64,000 nt of DNA, taken from IMG/VR virus record IMGVR_UViG_3300031823_000004, positions 17,341 through 81,340 of that record, one strand, 5' to 3'. Made by a program: the position numbers and the translations under genes. The notes below the pieces were generated by a model. The model was not told the DNA's origin. It was given only the letters and a program-made list of their open reading frames with translations, and did not search any database. Position 1 is the stretch's first letter. Every line of letters begins with the position of its first letter. Of the stretch, positions 8,075 to 17,348 are shown piece after piece. This DNA is from a virus.

Positions 8075-9832
8075 ATGGCAATCCCGGCGTGGTCCTGGCC
8101 TCCCTCGGGCGCGACTGCGCGCGGCACGACTCTCGTGCCCTTCGGCGCGGGCATGGCTGTACCGGACTGGACAAAACCCGTCCTGTGGCCGTTCTCCCTG
8201 AACGTGTTCCGCTCTGCAATCGCTATCGGCAGCGGCAGCTACGGCTTCGGCTCCGCAGCCCCTGATACGTCGGGTGGCGTGTACGCCACCACATGGGACG
8301 GTACGGTTCAGCACGTTACGTCCGGCAGCGTCATCACGTCCGGCGTGCTGCCGTCCGGACAGGTCTATGTCGGCACCGCCTATGCAGGTGGATCCGGCTT
8401 TGCCCTCGCCGCCACCGGCACAGTCTACGGCTCGGGCGGTGCCCTGGTAGGCACGTTCCCGCTCCCGGCGCGGCCCCTGGTATCGAGCGGCACCACCCTG
8501 ATGGCGCCCATGCCGTCATCCGGCGTTGGGCTGATGAACGCGAGCAACGGTGCCACCGGCTTCATCGCGCTGCCCGGAGGCATGACGACGATCTCCTGTA
8601 TCGCCGCGGCGTCCGGCGACCGGCTGGCGGTGGCCGGGTATTCCGTCGCGCCGTCGCTGTCCGGGATGGCTGCGGCCGCGCTCGATCCGCAGATCAACAC
8701 GTCGATGCTCGCGGTCGGATCGGGCCACGCGCTCCTGTGGGGTGCACCAGGACCGTACGCCGACGCGTGGGCGCAGACCCAGTCGGTCACCGGGCTCGCG
8801 AACCTGACGGCCGTGGCCTGGCGCCCGGACGGCACACAGGCGCTGGCGTGCAGCCCAGCGTCAGGCGCCGTGCAGGTGTTGGCGTACACGGCAGGCGTGG
8901 TGTCGCTCGCCCAGACCCTGACGGTGTCCGGGGCGTGCTCCGTGACGGTCGCCGGCGATTCGACCGATGCCCTGGTGGCGATGTCCGGCCAGTCACAGGC
9001 AGTACCGCTGACCTATGCGGGCAGCACGTGGTCGTCGGGCACCGCAATCACAGGCCTGTCCGGGATCGTCGCGGTTGCGCCGTACGGCGCGTCCGGCGCC
9101 GCCGTGGCGATGTCGGGAGCGGTGCAGTACTACAACCTGACACCGCCCGGGGCGTGGGCGTTCAGCGCGTCCGCCGCGATCGGCTTTGTGCCGACCGTCA
9201 TGGCGGTCGACCAGTTCAGCCAGGTCTATGTGGCGGGCAGCGGCGCGGTGGCCCTGGTGTCCGGCGCCGCAGTGGTCGCCAGCGGCACATGGGCAGGTGC
9301 CGCGCCGACGTCGATCATCGTGCAGCAGGGGCGCATCATACTGGCGATCCCCAGCGACAACCTGCTGCGGATCTTCGGGTACTCGGCGTCCGGCACACTG
9401 TCGCAGCAGAACAGCGTCGCCCTGTCGCTGGGCGCCCGTGTCGGACTCGGCCTGTCGTACACCACGCTGTTTGTCATGGGCTCCGGCAGCACGCCGCTGT
9501 ACGGCTTCTCCGGTTCACCGTACGCGCTGACACAACCTTTGTCCGGCTCGACAGCTTTGTGGACCGGCTCGGCTTGGGTAACTGGCGGGATGGGTGTTGG
9601 GCATATCCCATCGGCGATCGGGCTGGACGCATCCGGTGGAGTCTGGGTGGCGACGATACAGAACACCCTTTGGCACTTCACGTCCGGCGCGGTGCTGTCG
9701 TCGAGCGGGATTGTACAGCAGTTTTCCGGACAAGCGCAAACGTCACCAATATCTCCGTCTGCTATACTAACAACCACAAGCGGTGTTTTTGTCGCGACGA
9801 GCATTCCCGGCGTTATGGTTCAGGTGGCGTAG
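8075..9832 (+). CDS. Beta-propeller-like virion/baseplate protein
   Basis: All-beta pattern with propeller-type motifs (AVAWRPDG, IGLDASGGVWVAT); first gene of the baseplate block. Confidence 0.65.
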   Translation: MAIPAWSWPPSGATARGTTLVPFGAGMAVPDWTKPVLWPFSLNVFRSAIAIGSGSYGFGSAAPDTSGGVYATTWDGTVQHVTSGSVITSGVLPSGQVYVGTAYAGGSGFALAATGTVYGSGGALVGTFPLPARPLVSSGTTLMAPMPSSGVGLMNASNGATGFIALPGGMTTISCIAAASGDRLAVAGYSVAPSLSGMAAAALDPQINTSMLAVGSGHALLWGAPGPYADAWAQTQSVTGLANLTAVAWRPDGTQALACSPASGAVQVLAYTAGVVSLAQTLTVSGACSVTVAGDSTDALVAMSGQSQAVPLTYAGSTWSSGTAITGLSGIVAVAPYGASGAAVAMSGAVQYYNLTPPGAWAFSASAAIGFVPTVMAVDQFSQVYVAGSGAVALVSGAAVVASGTWAGAAPTSIIVQQGRIILAIPSDNLLRIFGYSASGTLSQQNSVALSLGARVGLGLSYTTLFVMGSGSTPLYGFSGSPYALTQPLSGSTALWTGSAWVTGGMGVGHIPSAIGLDASGGVWVATIQNTLWHFTSGAVLSSSGIVQQFSGQAQTSPISPSAILTTTSGVFVATSIPGVMVQVA

Positions 9833-9833
9833 C

Positions 9834-10493
9834 ATGGGTCAGATGTTCCGCACACTGCCGGTCGGTCTTGGGTCCATTCCGGCCTTGTATCAACTGTCAA
9901 TAAGGAGTCCCGGTCAGGTTTATAGTGAGATATCCACATACACGTTCCCGATCACGCCGTCGCAGTTGCGCATGGACTACTCGTCGCTTTCGTCGTTCAC
10001 CGACACACAGGGTCCGGTCATCAGCCGCGGTGTGACGCGGGTGATGGACGTTTACGGTCTCGCGCCGCCGGTCTACACGCTTGAAGGCACGACGGGATAT
10101 GACCGTCACATGAGCGATGGGTTTTTGCTGAACGGCGTGCAGTCGATGCAACTGCTTCAGCAGTTCCTGGCACAGTATGCCGTGCTGAACCAAGGACAGC
10201 GCGCAGCAGGCAACCCGCAACTCTACACGCTGGAATTTTATGACTATTACATGAACCAGTACTGGGTTGTGGAACCGGTCGGCCCGCAGGTGTTCAGGCA
10301 GGCAAACGATCGTCCGACCCTGATCTACTATCGCTTTCGGTGGGCTGCGGTCTACCCCGCTGGTGTTCCCGTGCTTGGCGAGATAGACGCATTGATGAAC
10401 CTGATCGCTACACCAGCCCAGCAAGCAGCGATCAATGCTGCTTCGACGCTGGGGGCGCTCCTCACTGCATACAGTCCTGGAGGCGTGATATGA
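9834..10493 (+). CDS. Baseplate/tube-initiator-like protein
   Basis: YTFPITPSQL..., YTLEGTTGY, LEFYDY...YWVVEP...LIYYRFRW, typical of myophage baseplate hub-associated proteins. Confidence 0.6.
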   Translation: MGQMFRTLPVGLGSIPALYQLSIRSPGQVYSEISTYTFPITPSQLRMDYSSLSSFTDTQGPVISRGVTRVMDVYGLAPPVYTLEGTTGYDRHMSDGFLLNGVQSMQLLQQFLAQYAVLNQGQRAAGNPQLYTLEFYDYYMNQYWVVEPVGPQVFRQANDRPTLIYYRFRWAAVYPAGVPVLGEIDALMNLIATPAQQAAINAASTLGALLTAYSPGGVI

Positions 10494-11926
10494 GCGGCGG
10501 TTACGAACAACCGTTTGCAGGCTACCCTGGCCAGGTATTCTCGACCTGCTACCAAGCCGCCACGTGGCTTGCCAATCTGCTGGCCAGCGGTTCAGCGCCT
10601 GCCGCAACCGCGGCGCAAGGCGCCCTGTCGTGTTTCCAGACTTTTATGAACGGCGCCGATGCAGTGGCACTGTGGACAACCGCCAATGCACTTGCCCAGG
10701 AGACGATCAATCTCGCCGCCGTACAGGCGCTGCCGCTTGACCTGGATCCCGTCACGCAAACTTATTTCACGGCGCGCGTGGCCTCGGTAGCAGCAGCGGC
10801 CAGCGGACTCCTGGCACTGCCGCCGACAGCCAACCCGTTCAACGCAATCGCGTACCTCGGCGCCGGGCAGCCTGCTATTGCCGATACCGGCTATCTCGAA
10901 TGGTGCATGGGGTTCCAGGCCGAGACACCGCCGTCCGGACTTACGAGCGCGACCTTGACCACCTACGCCAGCGGCACCGCAACAGCGTGGCTGACGATAA
11001 CGAATGCAGTTCAGGTCGTGCAGGGCGCTACCCTGACCAACGCCTATGACGCCGCCGCCCGGCAGTTCCGCGTAGCGTCGACCGTGTCGAGTGGGCTGGC
11101 GGCACTGACGGCGTCCGGGTTCGCCCAGACGAACACGCTGGCACTCTGGAACGGCGTTGTCGCGATGCCGTCCCTACTGCTCGACGCCGCTTCGCTGATG
11201 TCAGCGCCAGCCTCGATCGCCAATCAGCAGGCGGCCGTCATCCGGTTCAAGCTGCGCAGCTTGGCCATCCAGGTCGCCTATTTCCTGCTGTCGCTGCGCG
11301 GCCAGGGCACCGGTAACGTGACGACCGCGGCGCTGCGGCAGAATGAGACGCTGATGGACCTGGCGGCCCGCGCCGCCGGCGGCTATGCGGCGTGGTCCAG
11401 CATCGCGTCGCTGAACGACGTGCAGCCGCCCTTCCCGGGTCCGGCGAACCAAGCCCTGGCGTCGTCCGGCACGCCGCTGTTGCTCCCTGGCAGCGTCGTG
11501 CCGCCCGCCGGTGCCACGCCGCCAACCTATGCGGCGAACGTACTCGGGGTGGACTACGATTTCGGGCCCATCAATGGACCGCAACCCGCGTGGCTTGGCG
11601 ATATCCAGCTTATCGCCGGTTACACGAACTATGCCCGGGCGCTGGGACGGCGGCTGCAAACCCCGCTCGGCACGCTGATCTATCATCCGGGCTACGGCAG
11701 CCGGATCCCGTACGAGATCGGCGCCGTGCAGGGGGTCGATGAGGCCTCCCGACTTGCAGCGTTCGGCGCTGCGGCATTAGCCGCCGATCCTCGTACGGCT
11801 AACGTGCTGTCTGCGGTGGCGACAGCGCAACCGGGGCGATTGGCGACATTCTCGGGCGCCGTTCTGCCGATCGGTCCGGGCGCTGTTCCTGTCGGCGTAA
11901 ACCAGGTGATTTCACCCCTGCCATAG
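10490..11926 (+). CDS. Baseplate wedge protein with LysM-like segment and C-terminal gp25/GpW-like domain
   Basis: ETLMDLAAR...WSSIASLN (LysM-like); GDIQLIAGYTNYARALGRRLQTPLGTLIYHPGYGS (gp25-like). Confidence 0.75.
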   Translation: MSGGYEQPFAGYPGQVFSTCYQAATWLANLLASGSAPAATAAQGALSCFQTFMNGADAVALWTTANALAQETINLAAVQALPLDLDPVTQTYFTARVASVAAAASGLLALPPTANPFNAIAYLGAGQPAIADTGYLEWCMGFQAETPPSGLTSATLTTYASGTATAWLTITNAVQVVQGATLTNAYDAAARQFRVASTVSSGLAALTASGFAQTNTLALWNGVVAMPSLLLDAASLMSAPASIANQQAAVIRFKLRSLAIQVAYFLLSLRGQGTGNVTTAALRQNETLMDLAARAAGGYAAWSSIASLNDVQPPFPGPANQALASSGTPLLLPGSVVPPAGATPPTYAANVLGVDYDFGPINGPQPAWLGDIQLIAGYTNYARALGRRLQTPLGTLIYHPGYGSRIPYEIGAVQGVDEASRLAAFGAAALAADPRTANVLSAVATAQPGRLATFSGAVLPIGPGAVPVGVNQVISPLP

Positions 11927-11935
11927 AGACCCCGC

Positions 11936-13144
11936 ATGTCCGGTGCCCTGACCCCAACCGTCGCCGCCACGCCCACCACGGTCCAGATAACCGCCAACAT
12001 GATCGCGTTGATGGCGGGCATGACCGGGACGTTGACGGATTACAACGAAGGCTCGCAAGTACGCACGCTCAATGAATCGCTTGGGTCCGTGGTCGAGGTG
12101 CAGTCCGTCTCCGATCTGGCCCTGGCGTTCCAGGCGCTGGCCTACGGCGCTATGTCGCTGTTTGGGGTCACACCCTCGATCGCTTTACCGGCAACCGGCA
12201 CCGTGGTGTTCGCCACGTCCTTCCCGGTCGCCACAGCGCTCCCCACCACGCAGGCAGTACCGATCCCAAGCGGCACCCTGGTGCAGACGCCGGGCGGCGT
12301 GCAATTCGCCACCACGGCGACGACTACCCTGGCGTCCGGCACAGCCAGTGTGACAGCAGGCGTCATTGCGACTGTCGCAGGAAGCGCTGGGAACGTACCG
12401 GCGTCCGGAATAGCCGGAACACCCCTTACCGGCCTCGGCTACCCGCTGTTCGTCAGCAATGGTGTCGCCACGGCGGGCGGCGCCGATCCCGGCACCCAGT
12501 CGACCGCGTTGGCCGAGTTCACCGCCCGGCAGGCCTCTCTTGGGCTGTCGTCACCGGTTGCCGTTGCGAACTCCCCGGTCGGCGTCACGGCCAGCGGCAC
12601 CGGCGAGATCGTCGCTTTTGCCGCGTGCTATGAGCCGTTTCTGTATGCCGGTAGCGGCGCGGCGTCCGGCATCGCAGGGTATGTGGTGTACATCGACAAC
12701 GGCAACGGCAACGCCAGCCCATCGCTGGTCGCAGCGGTCCAGGCGTGGATCAGTGGCAACTACATCGCCAATCAGTCCGGTTTCAGGCCGGTCGGTGTGC
12801 CGTACCAGGTGCTCGCCGCCGCACCGGTCTACGCTTCGGTTATCGTCTCCGGCACATTGATCCCAGGCCTGCTGACGGCAAGCAACCTTACAGCAGCCGT
12901 CACCAGCGGCGTCACGAACTACTTCAACACCCTTGGGATATCGGCGCCGATGCCCGGCACGTCCGGCATCAACAGCGCTGGCCAGCCACAGATAGCGGGC
13001 CGTGTGGCCGATGCTGGGCTCGGCGCATTCAGCAGCCTGTCGGTCAGCCTGTACTATTCGGGTTCCAGCACACCTGTGCCGGTCGTCAGTGGCGGGATTG
13101 GCACGCGTGTCATCCTGTCTTCGCTGTCCGTGACGGTGGGGTAA
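11936..13144 (+). CDS. Baseplate J/gp47-like protein
   Basis: LTDYNEGSQVRTLNES, ATGTVVF, IPSGTLV, AGSAGNV, GGADP, RPVGV. Confidence 0.88.
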   Translation: MSGALTPTVAATPTTVQITANMIALMAGMTGTLTDYNEGSQVRTLNESLGSVVEVQSVSDLALAFQALAYGAMSLFGVTPSIALPATGTVVFATSFPVATALPTTQAVPIPSGTLVQTPGGVQFATTATTTLASGTASVTAGVIATVAGSAGNVPASGIAGTPLTGLGYPLFVSNGVATAGGADPGTQSTALAEFTARQASLGLSSPVAVANSPVGVTASGTGEIVAFAACYEPFLYAGSGAASGIAGYVVYIDNGNGNASPSLVAAVQAWISGNYIANQSGFRPVGVPYQVLAAAPVYASVIVSGTLIPGLLTASNLTAAVTSGVTNYFNTLGISAPMPGTSGINSAGQPQIAGRVADAGLGAFSSLSVSLYYSGSSTPVPVVSGGIGTRVILSSLSVTVG

Positions 13145-13146
13145 GC

Positions 13147-13770
13147 ATGAATTTCCAGGCCGTCATCGCGCAACTGACCGACCTTCCGGCGACGTTCCAG
13201 CCGCCGGGCAATCCTTACGCGCAGTTCATAAACGCGCTGGCGTCCGCGGAATCGCTGTTCACCTCTGGTGCTGATGCCACGATGGCGCAGGCAGTGTCTT
13301 TCAGCGGTGCGATAGACGGATGGATCGACGTCTGGGGACTGCTTTTCGAGGTACCGCGCAATCAGGGTGAAGGGAACATTCCCTACGCGACCCGCATCGC
13401 TGAAACAGTGCTGGCATGGGTCGGTACCCTGCCAGCAATCCAGATGTGGATCGCACTGTTTGCACCCGGCGGTTCCGTAGTCGAGAACGCTTCCGGGCTC
13501 GGCTACGCCATAACTCTACCTGCCACCATGACACTGCCGCAGGTCATCACGTTTCTCGTGTCGCTTGGCCGGATTCGCCCGGCCGGTGTGCCGTTTTCGG
13601 TGCAGCAAACCGGCACTGGACTGTACCTTGGTGCAGAAGCATTCCTTGGCGCTGGTGCGACGATCGGCTCTTATCTCGTCAATACCGGCACCGCGCCAAC
13701 ATCGCTGCTGAACGCCACGACATGCAACGCGCAACCCCTAATTCCGGATCTGTTCCTTGTCGCAGATTAA
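13147..13770 (+). CDS. Baseplate wedge protein (P2 gpI-like)
   Basis: WIDVWGLLFEVPRNQGEG..YATRI...GTLPAI and IRPAGV; follows baseplate J. Confidence 0.8.
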   Translation: MNFQAVIAQLTDLPATFQPPGNPYAQFINALASAESLFTSGADATMAQAVSFSGAIDGWIDVWGLLFEVPRNQGEGNIPYATRIAETVLAWVGTLPAIQMWIALFAPGGSVVENASGLGYAITLPATMTLPQVITFLVSLGRIRPAGVPFSVQQTGTGLYLGAEAFLGAGATIGSYLVNTGTAPTSLLNATTCNAQPLIPDLFLVAD

Positions 13771-16700
13771 CCTCGGACAGCAAGGCTATCTTCTGGCATC
13801 CGGTCCTCACGGGACCTGGCCACCCATAACGTCGCCTGGATCGCGGCGCCATCCACCACCGTATGTGCCGCCACCGCCACCACCGATAACCATTCAGTCG
13901 GTCACGCTGTCGAACGCGTCTTTTGTCAGCGGCACAAGCAACGCCACAGTCGGCACCATAAACGTGGCGATGAATATCGGTTCGTTTACCGGATCACTGT
14001 CGCTGTCCGGCACGAACGCGTCAAGTTTCCAGATTGTCGGAAACACACTGGAGACTGTCGGCAGCCTGTCTGCCGGAACGTACTCGATCGTCATCACCGC
14101 CACGCAAGGCAGCGCGGTAAACTCGCCTGTCTCTACATCGCCACTGACCATTACAGGCAGCGCGGCTGCGCCAGCTTTCTCGTCCATCACGCTGTCAAAC
14201 AACACGTTCATCGACACCACGGCGAACGCGACCGTCGGCACCATAGCGGTGACGATGACCAATGGCGCATTCAGCGGAACTCTGGCGGTCGGCGGCACGA
14301 ATGCAGCCGATTTCCAGATAGTCGGCACAACTCTGGAAACCATCGGCACCCTTGCCGGCGGAACGTACTCGATCGTCATTACCGGCACGCAGGCCGGTGC
14401 GTCGAACTCGCCGTTTTCCACGTCACCGCTGACGATCACCGGTGCTGCGGCGCCGCCACCACCGCTGTCGTTCCAGTCCATCACGCTGTCAAACAACACG
14501 TTCGTCGACACCGTGAACAACGCGACGGTCGGCACGATCTCTGTGGTGATGAATGGTGGCACGTTCAGCGGCACGCTGTCGCTGTCGGGCACGAACGCGT
14601 CCAGCTTCCGCATCGTCGGAACCACCCTGCAAACCTTCGGCGTTCTCCCCGCCGGAACGTACTCGGTCATCATCACCGGCACGCAATCCGGCGCGTCCAA
14701 TTCGCCGTTCTCCACCCTGGCCCAGACGATCACCGGCAGCGCGGCCGCGGCCGCGGCTACGACGTGGAACCCGTCTGACCAGTCCGGCATGACGCTGTCC
14801 AACGGCAACCTGACGGCGACAACGAACAGCGCGGCGCAGGCTGGCGTTCGCTCGACGTCCGCCATGCCAGGCGTGCCAAGCTATTTCGAAATCACCCTGA
14901 CAACCTCTGGCTCCAGTGAAGTCGTCGGTATCGCGGACTCCTCGTGGGTGGAGACAGCCGCTGCCGGGCTGGGCGGCGACAACAATGGCATAGGCCTGCT
15001 GGAAACCGGTGCGGTCCATCTGAACAACGTCGCGGTCGGGTCCGCCATGCCAGCCTGGACCGCAGCAACGGTGCTGGGCGTCGCTGTCAACCCCACCACG
15101 AAAAAGATATTCTTCACCTATAACGGAACCACATGGGATGCCACCGGATCCGGCGACAACCCAGCGACGAATACCGGCGGCTATTCGTGGGCCACTGCGG
15201 TGTCCGGATCCTATTTCATCGCCTTCGGTGCGCTGGGCTCCTCCGTGACCAGCGGTGTGTCGGGCAGTCAGAACAGCGGTGCGTCACAGCCCGTCGTAAG
15301 CGGCCCGGCGACCGCGACAGTCGGTGTCAGCACCACGCTGGCGATTACCGGGCTGACCCTTTCCGACACCAATCAGCCGCTGGGCGGCACCTGTGCATTG
15401 AATGTGGACTGCACGTCCGGCATCTGCACGCTGAACACAGTGGTCACGGGCGGATCGGCTACCGGCAACGGTACCAACTCAATATCGGTATCGGATACCT
15501 TCCCCAACTGCCAAACCGACATCGCGTCGCTGACCTATACCGCGTCATCGTCTACCGGCACTGATTCTATTTTCGTGCAGTTGTGGGACCAGCTAGGCCT
15601 GAACAATTCGATCAATATCGCGGTCACCATAGAAGCAGGCAGCGTCGGCATCAAAGTGCTGAATGCTGGCGAACAGACGTTTGCCTACACGGTTCCATCC
15701 GGCTATACGGCGTGGGATAGCTTCGCCCCAGCACCGCCGACCAATCTGACCGGCGCAGCAGGCAGCACGTCAGTTGCACTTACCTGGACAGCATCTGCTG
15801 TCGGCACTGCACCGCTCACATACACGGTGCAGAACAGGATTACCGGCAGTTCCACTTGGGCCAACGTCGTAACTGGGCTGACCACAGAATCGTATAACGT
15901 CACCGGTCTGACGACCCGCACCTCGTACGATTTCCAGGTGATCGCCGTCAACGCGCTTGGCAACGCTGTCACGCCTTTTATCACCGTTGCCACGACAGCC
16001 GCAGGCAATGTCGTCGGCGACGCAACCGGCACACAGGCTGGCCGCATTGCCGATTTCCTGGAAACCATCGGCGTCAACGGGTTCTTTAACAATCAGGACG
16101 GCGCCATCGGTTACAACGATTATCCCAACACGCCGACCAACGCCCAGATAGCTGCGGGCTATGTGACCGGGTTGCAGTACCTCACGGCCAATACCGGCAT
16201 GGGATTGACCTGCCGCATCTACACAGACGGCACCAGTACGACGACCGAGAACGACCAGGTCAACATCTGCACCATCATCCAGGCGTCCATGCCGAATGTC
16301 AGGTGGACGTCGTGCTGGAGTTGGACCAACGCCGCCACACAGGCTGTCGTCAGCGGGCTCATATCCGCAGGCATCCTGGCTTTTGCTGAAGGCGTGAACG
16401 AGCCCAATCCCGGCGGCAACACGAACGAGCCGGTTGCCGACTGCCTCACGCAGCAAGCGTTTGTCTGGAGCACCTGGAACGCAACCCAGCCGGTCGCCGC
16501 TCCATCGTGCGTCGATAACGGATCGAACACCTATGCGGCCGACTACTATGGCAGCAACCTGTCGACAGTGGCGGGTGAATGCACACTATGGAACGGCCAC
16601 AACTATCCGAACGGCGGCGCACCGTCCAACGACATCTACCGCCGCACCCTGATGATCGGCTCGAATATCGGCTTCCCTGCCAACGGCGTGGTCACCGAGT

Positions 16701-17338
16701 TTCATCCGCTGCTGTACAACACCTCGGCGGCACAGTCTGCGGGTGAGACCATCAGCGGCTACTATCTCGCTTGCGCGTGGCTGGCAGGCTATATGTACTA
16801 CAACGTCAAGGCGCTGATCTGGTTCGACATGTTCGATTACCAGTACAACGCGACGTCACCGCCTTTTGCCTATCCGGTCGGATTTTTCAATCAGTACAAT
16901 TCGAGTTCGCCGCGCAACGCGGCGATCGTGGTTCATAATTTCTTCCTGTTCTGCACTGACGCGGCCACGACACGCCATACCTTCACGCCGGGCAAACTGA
17001 ACTACACCCTCAGTGGCCTGCCAGCGAAGTGGACGGGTAGCTTTGGCGGCGTGACCAGTACCCAGGCCTCCGGTGGCGGCCAGTCGGCGCTGTTCCAGGG
17101 CTCCAACGGAATACTGTATCTGTTCATCTGGAACGAACAAAACGCGCTCGCTCTCGGCACCACGACAACCGTCACCGTGACGTTTAATGACGAGGCAATG
17201 ACCAAGGTGGTAGACTACAGCCTGACCAATCCGGCCGGGACGGCAAACCCGGCGCCTATCCAGACCCTGACCAACGTGACTACAGTGACGATGCATCTTA
17301 CCACCGAGGTTCGCGTGCTGGTCATCACCTACCCGTAG
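13757..17338 (+). CDS. Large receptor-binding/depolymerase protein: three cadherin-like repeats, SPRY with Ig insert, FN3, clan GH-A glycoside hydrolase
   Basis: Three ITLSN.TF...ATVGTI...FQIVG repeats, TWNPSD..TLSNGNLTAT, PAPPTNL...TSYDFQVIAVN, DFLETIGVN, EGVNEPN, VVTE. Start uncertain. Confidence 0.75.
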   Translation: MSQINLGQQGYLLASGPHGTWPPITSPGSRRHPPPYVPPPPPPITIQSVTLSNASFVSGTSNATVGTINVAMNIGSFTGSLSLSGTNASSFQIVGNTLETVGSLSAGTYSIVITATQGSAVNSPVSTSPLTITGSAAAPAFSSITLSNNTFIDTTANATVGTIAVTMTNGAFSGTLAVGGTNAADFQIVGTTLETIGTLAGGTYSIVITGTQAGASNSPFSTSPLTITGAAAPPPPLSFQSITLSNNTFVDTVNNATVGTISVVMNGGTFSGTLSLSGTNASSFRIVGTTLQTFGVLPAGTYSVIITGTQSGASNSPFSTLAQTITGSAAAAAATTWNPSDQSGMTLSNGNLTATTNSAAQAGVRSTSAMPGVPSYFEITLTTSGSSEVVGIADSSWVETAAAGLGGDNNGIGLLETGAVHLNNVAVGSAMPAWTAATVLGVAVNPTTKKIFFTYNGTTWDATGSGDNPATNTGGYSWATAVSGSYFIAFGALGSSVTSGVSGSQNSGASQPVVSGPATATVGVSTTLAITGLTLSDTNQPLGGTCALNVDCTSGICTLNTVVTGGSATGNGTNSISVSDTFPNCQTDIASLTYTASSSTGTDSIFVQLWDQLGLNNSINIAVTIEAGSVGIKVLNAGEQTFAYTVPSGYTAWDSFAPAPPTNLTGAAGSTSVALTWTASAVGTAPLTYTVQNRITGSSTWANVVTGLTTESYNVTGLTTRTSYDFQVIAVNALGNAVTPFITVATTAAGNVVGDATGTQAGRIADFLETIGVNGFFNNQDGAIGYNDYPNTPTNAQIAAGYVTGLQYLTANTGMGLTCRIYTDGTSTTTENDQVNICTIIQASMPNVRWTSCWSWTNAATQAVVSGLISAGILAFAEGVNEPNPGGNTNEPVADCLTQQAFVWSTWNATQPVAAPSCVDNGSNTYAADYYGSNLSTVAGECTLWNGHNYPNGGAPSNDIYRRTLMIGSNIGFPANGVVTEFHPLLYNTSAAQSAGETISGYYLACAWLAGYMYYNVKALIWFDMFDYQYNATSPPFAYPVGFFNQYNSSSPRNAAIVVHNFFLFCTDAATTRHTFTPGKLNYTLSGLPAKWTGSFGGVTSTQASGGGQSALFQGSNGILYLFIWNEQNALALGTTTTVTVTFNDEAMTKVVDYSLTNPAGTANPAPIQTLTNVTTVTMHLTTEVRVLVITYP
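13890..14745 (+). repeat. Three tandem ~95-codon cadherin/Ig-like coding repeats
   Basis: Repeated DNA such as tcacgctgtc(g/a)aac, gtcggcac and ggaacgtactcg. Confidence 0.8.
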
Positions 17339-17348
17339 GAGACGTACC

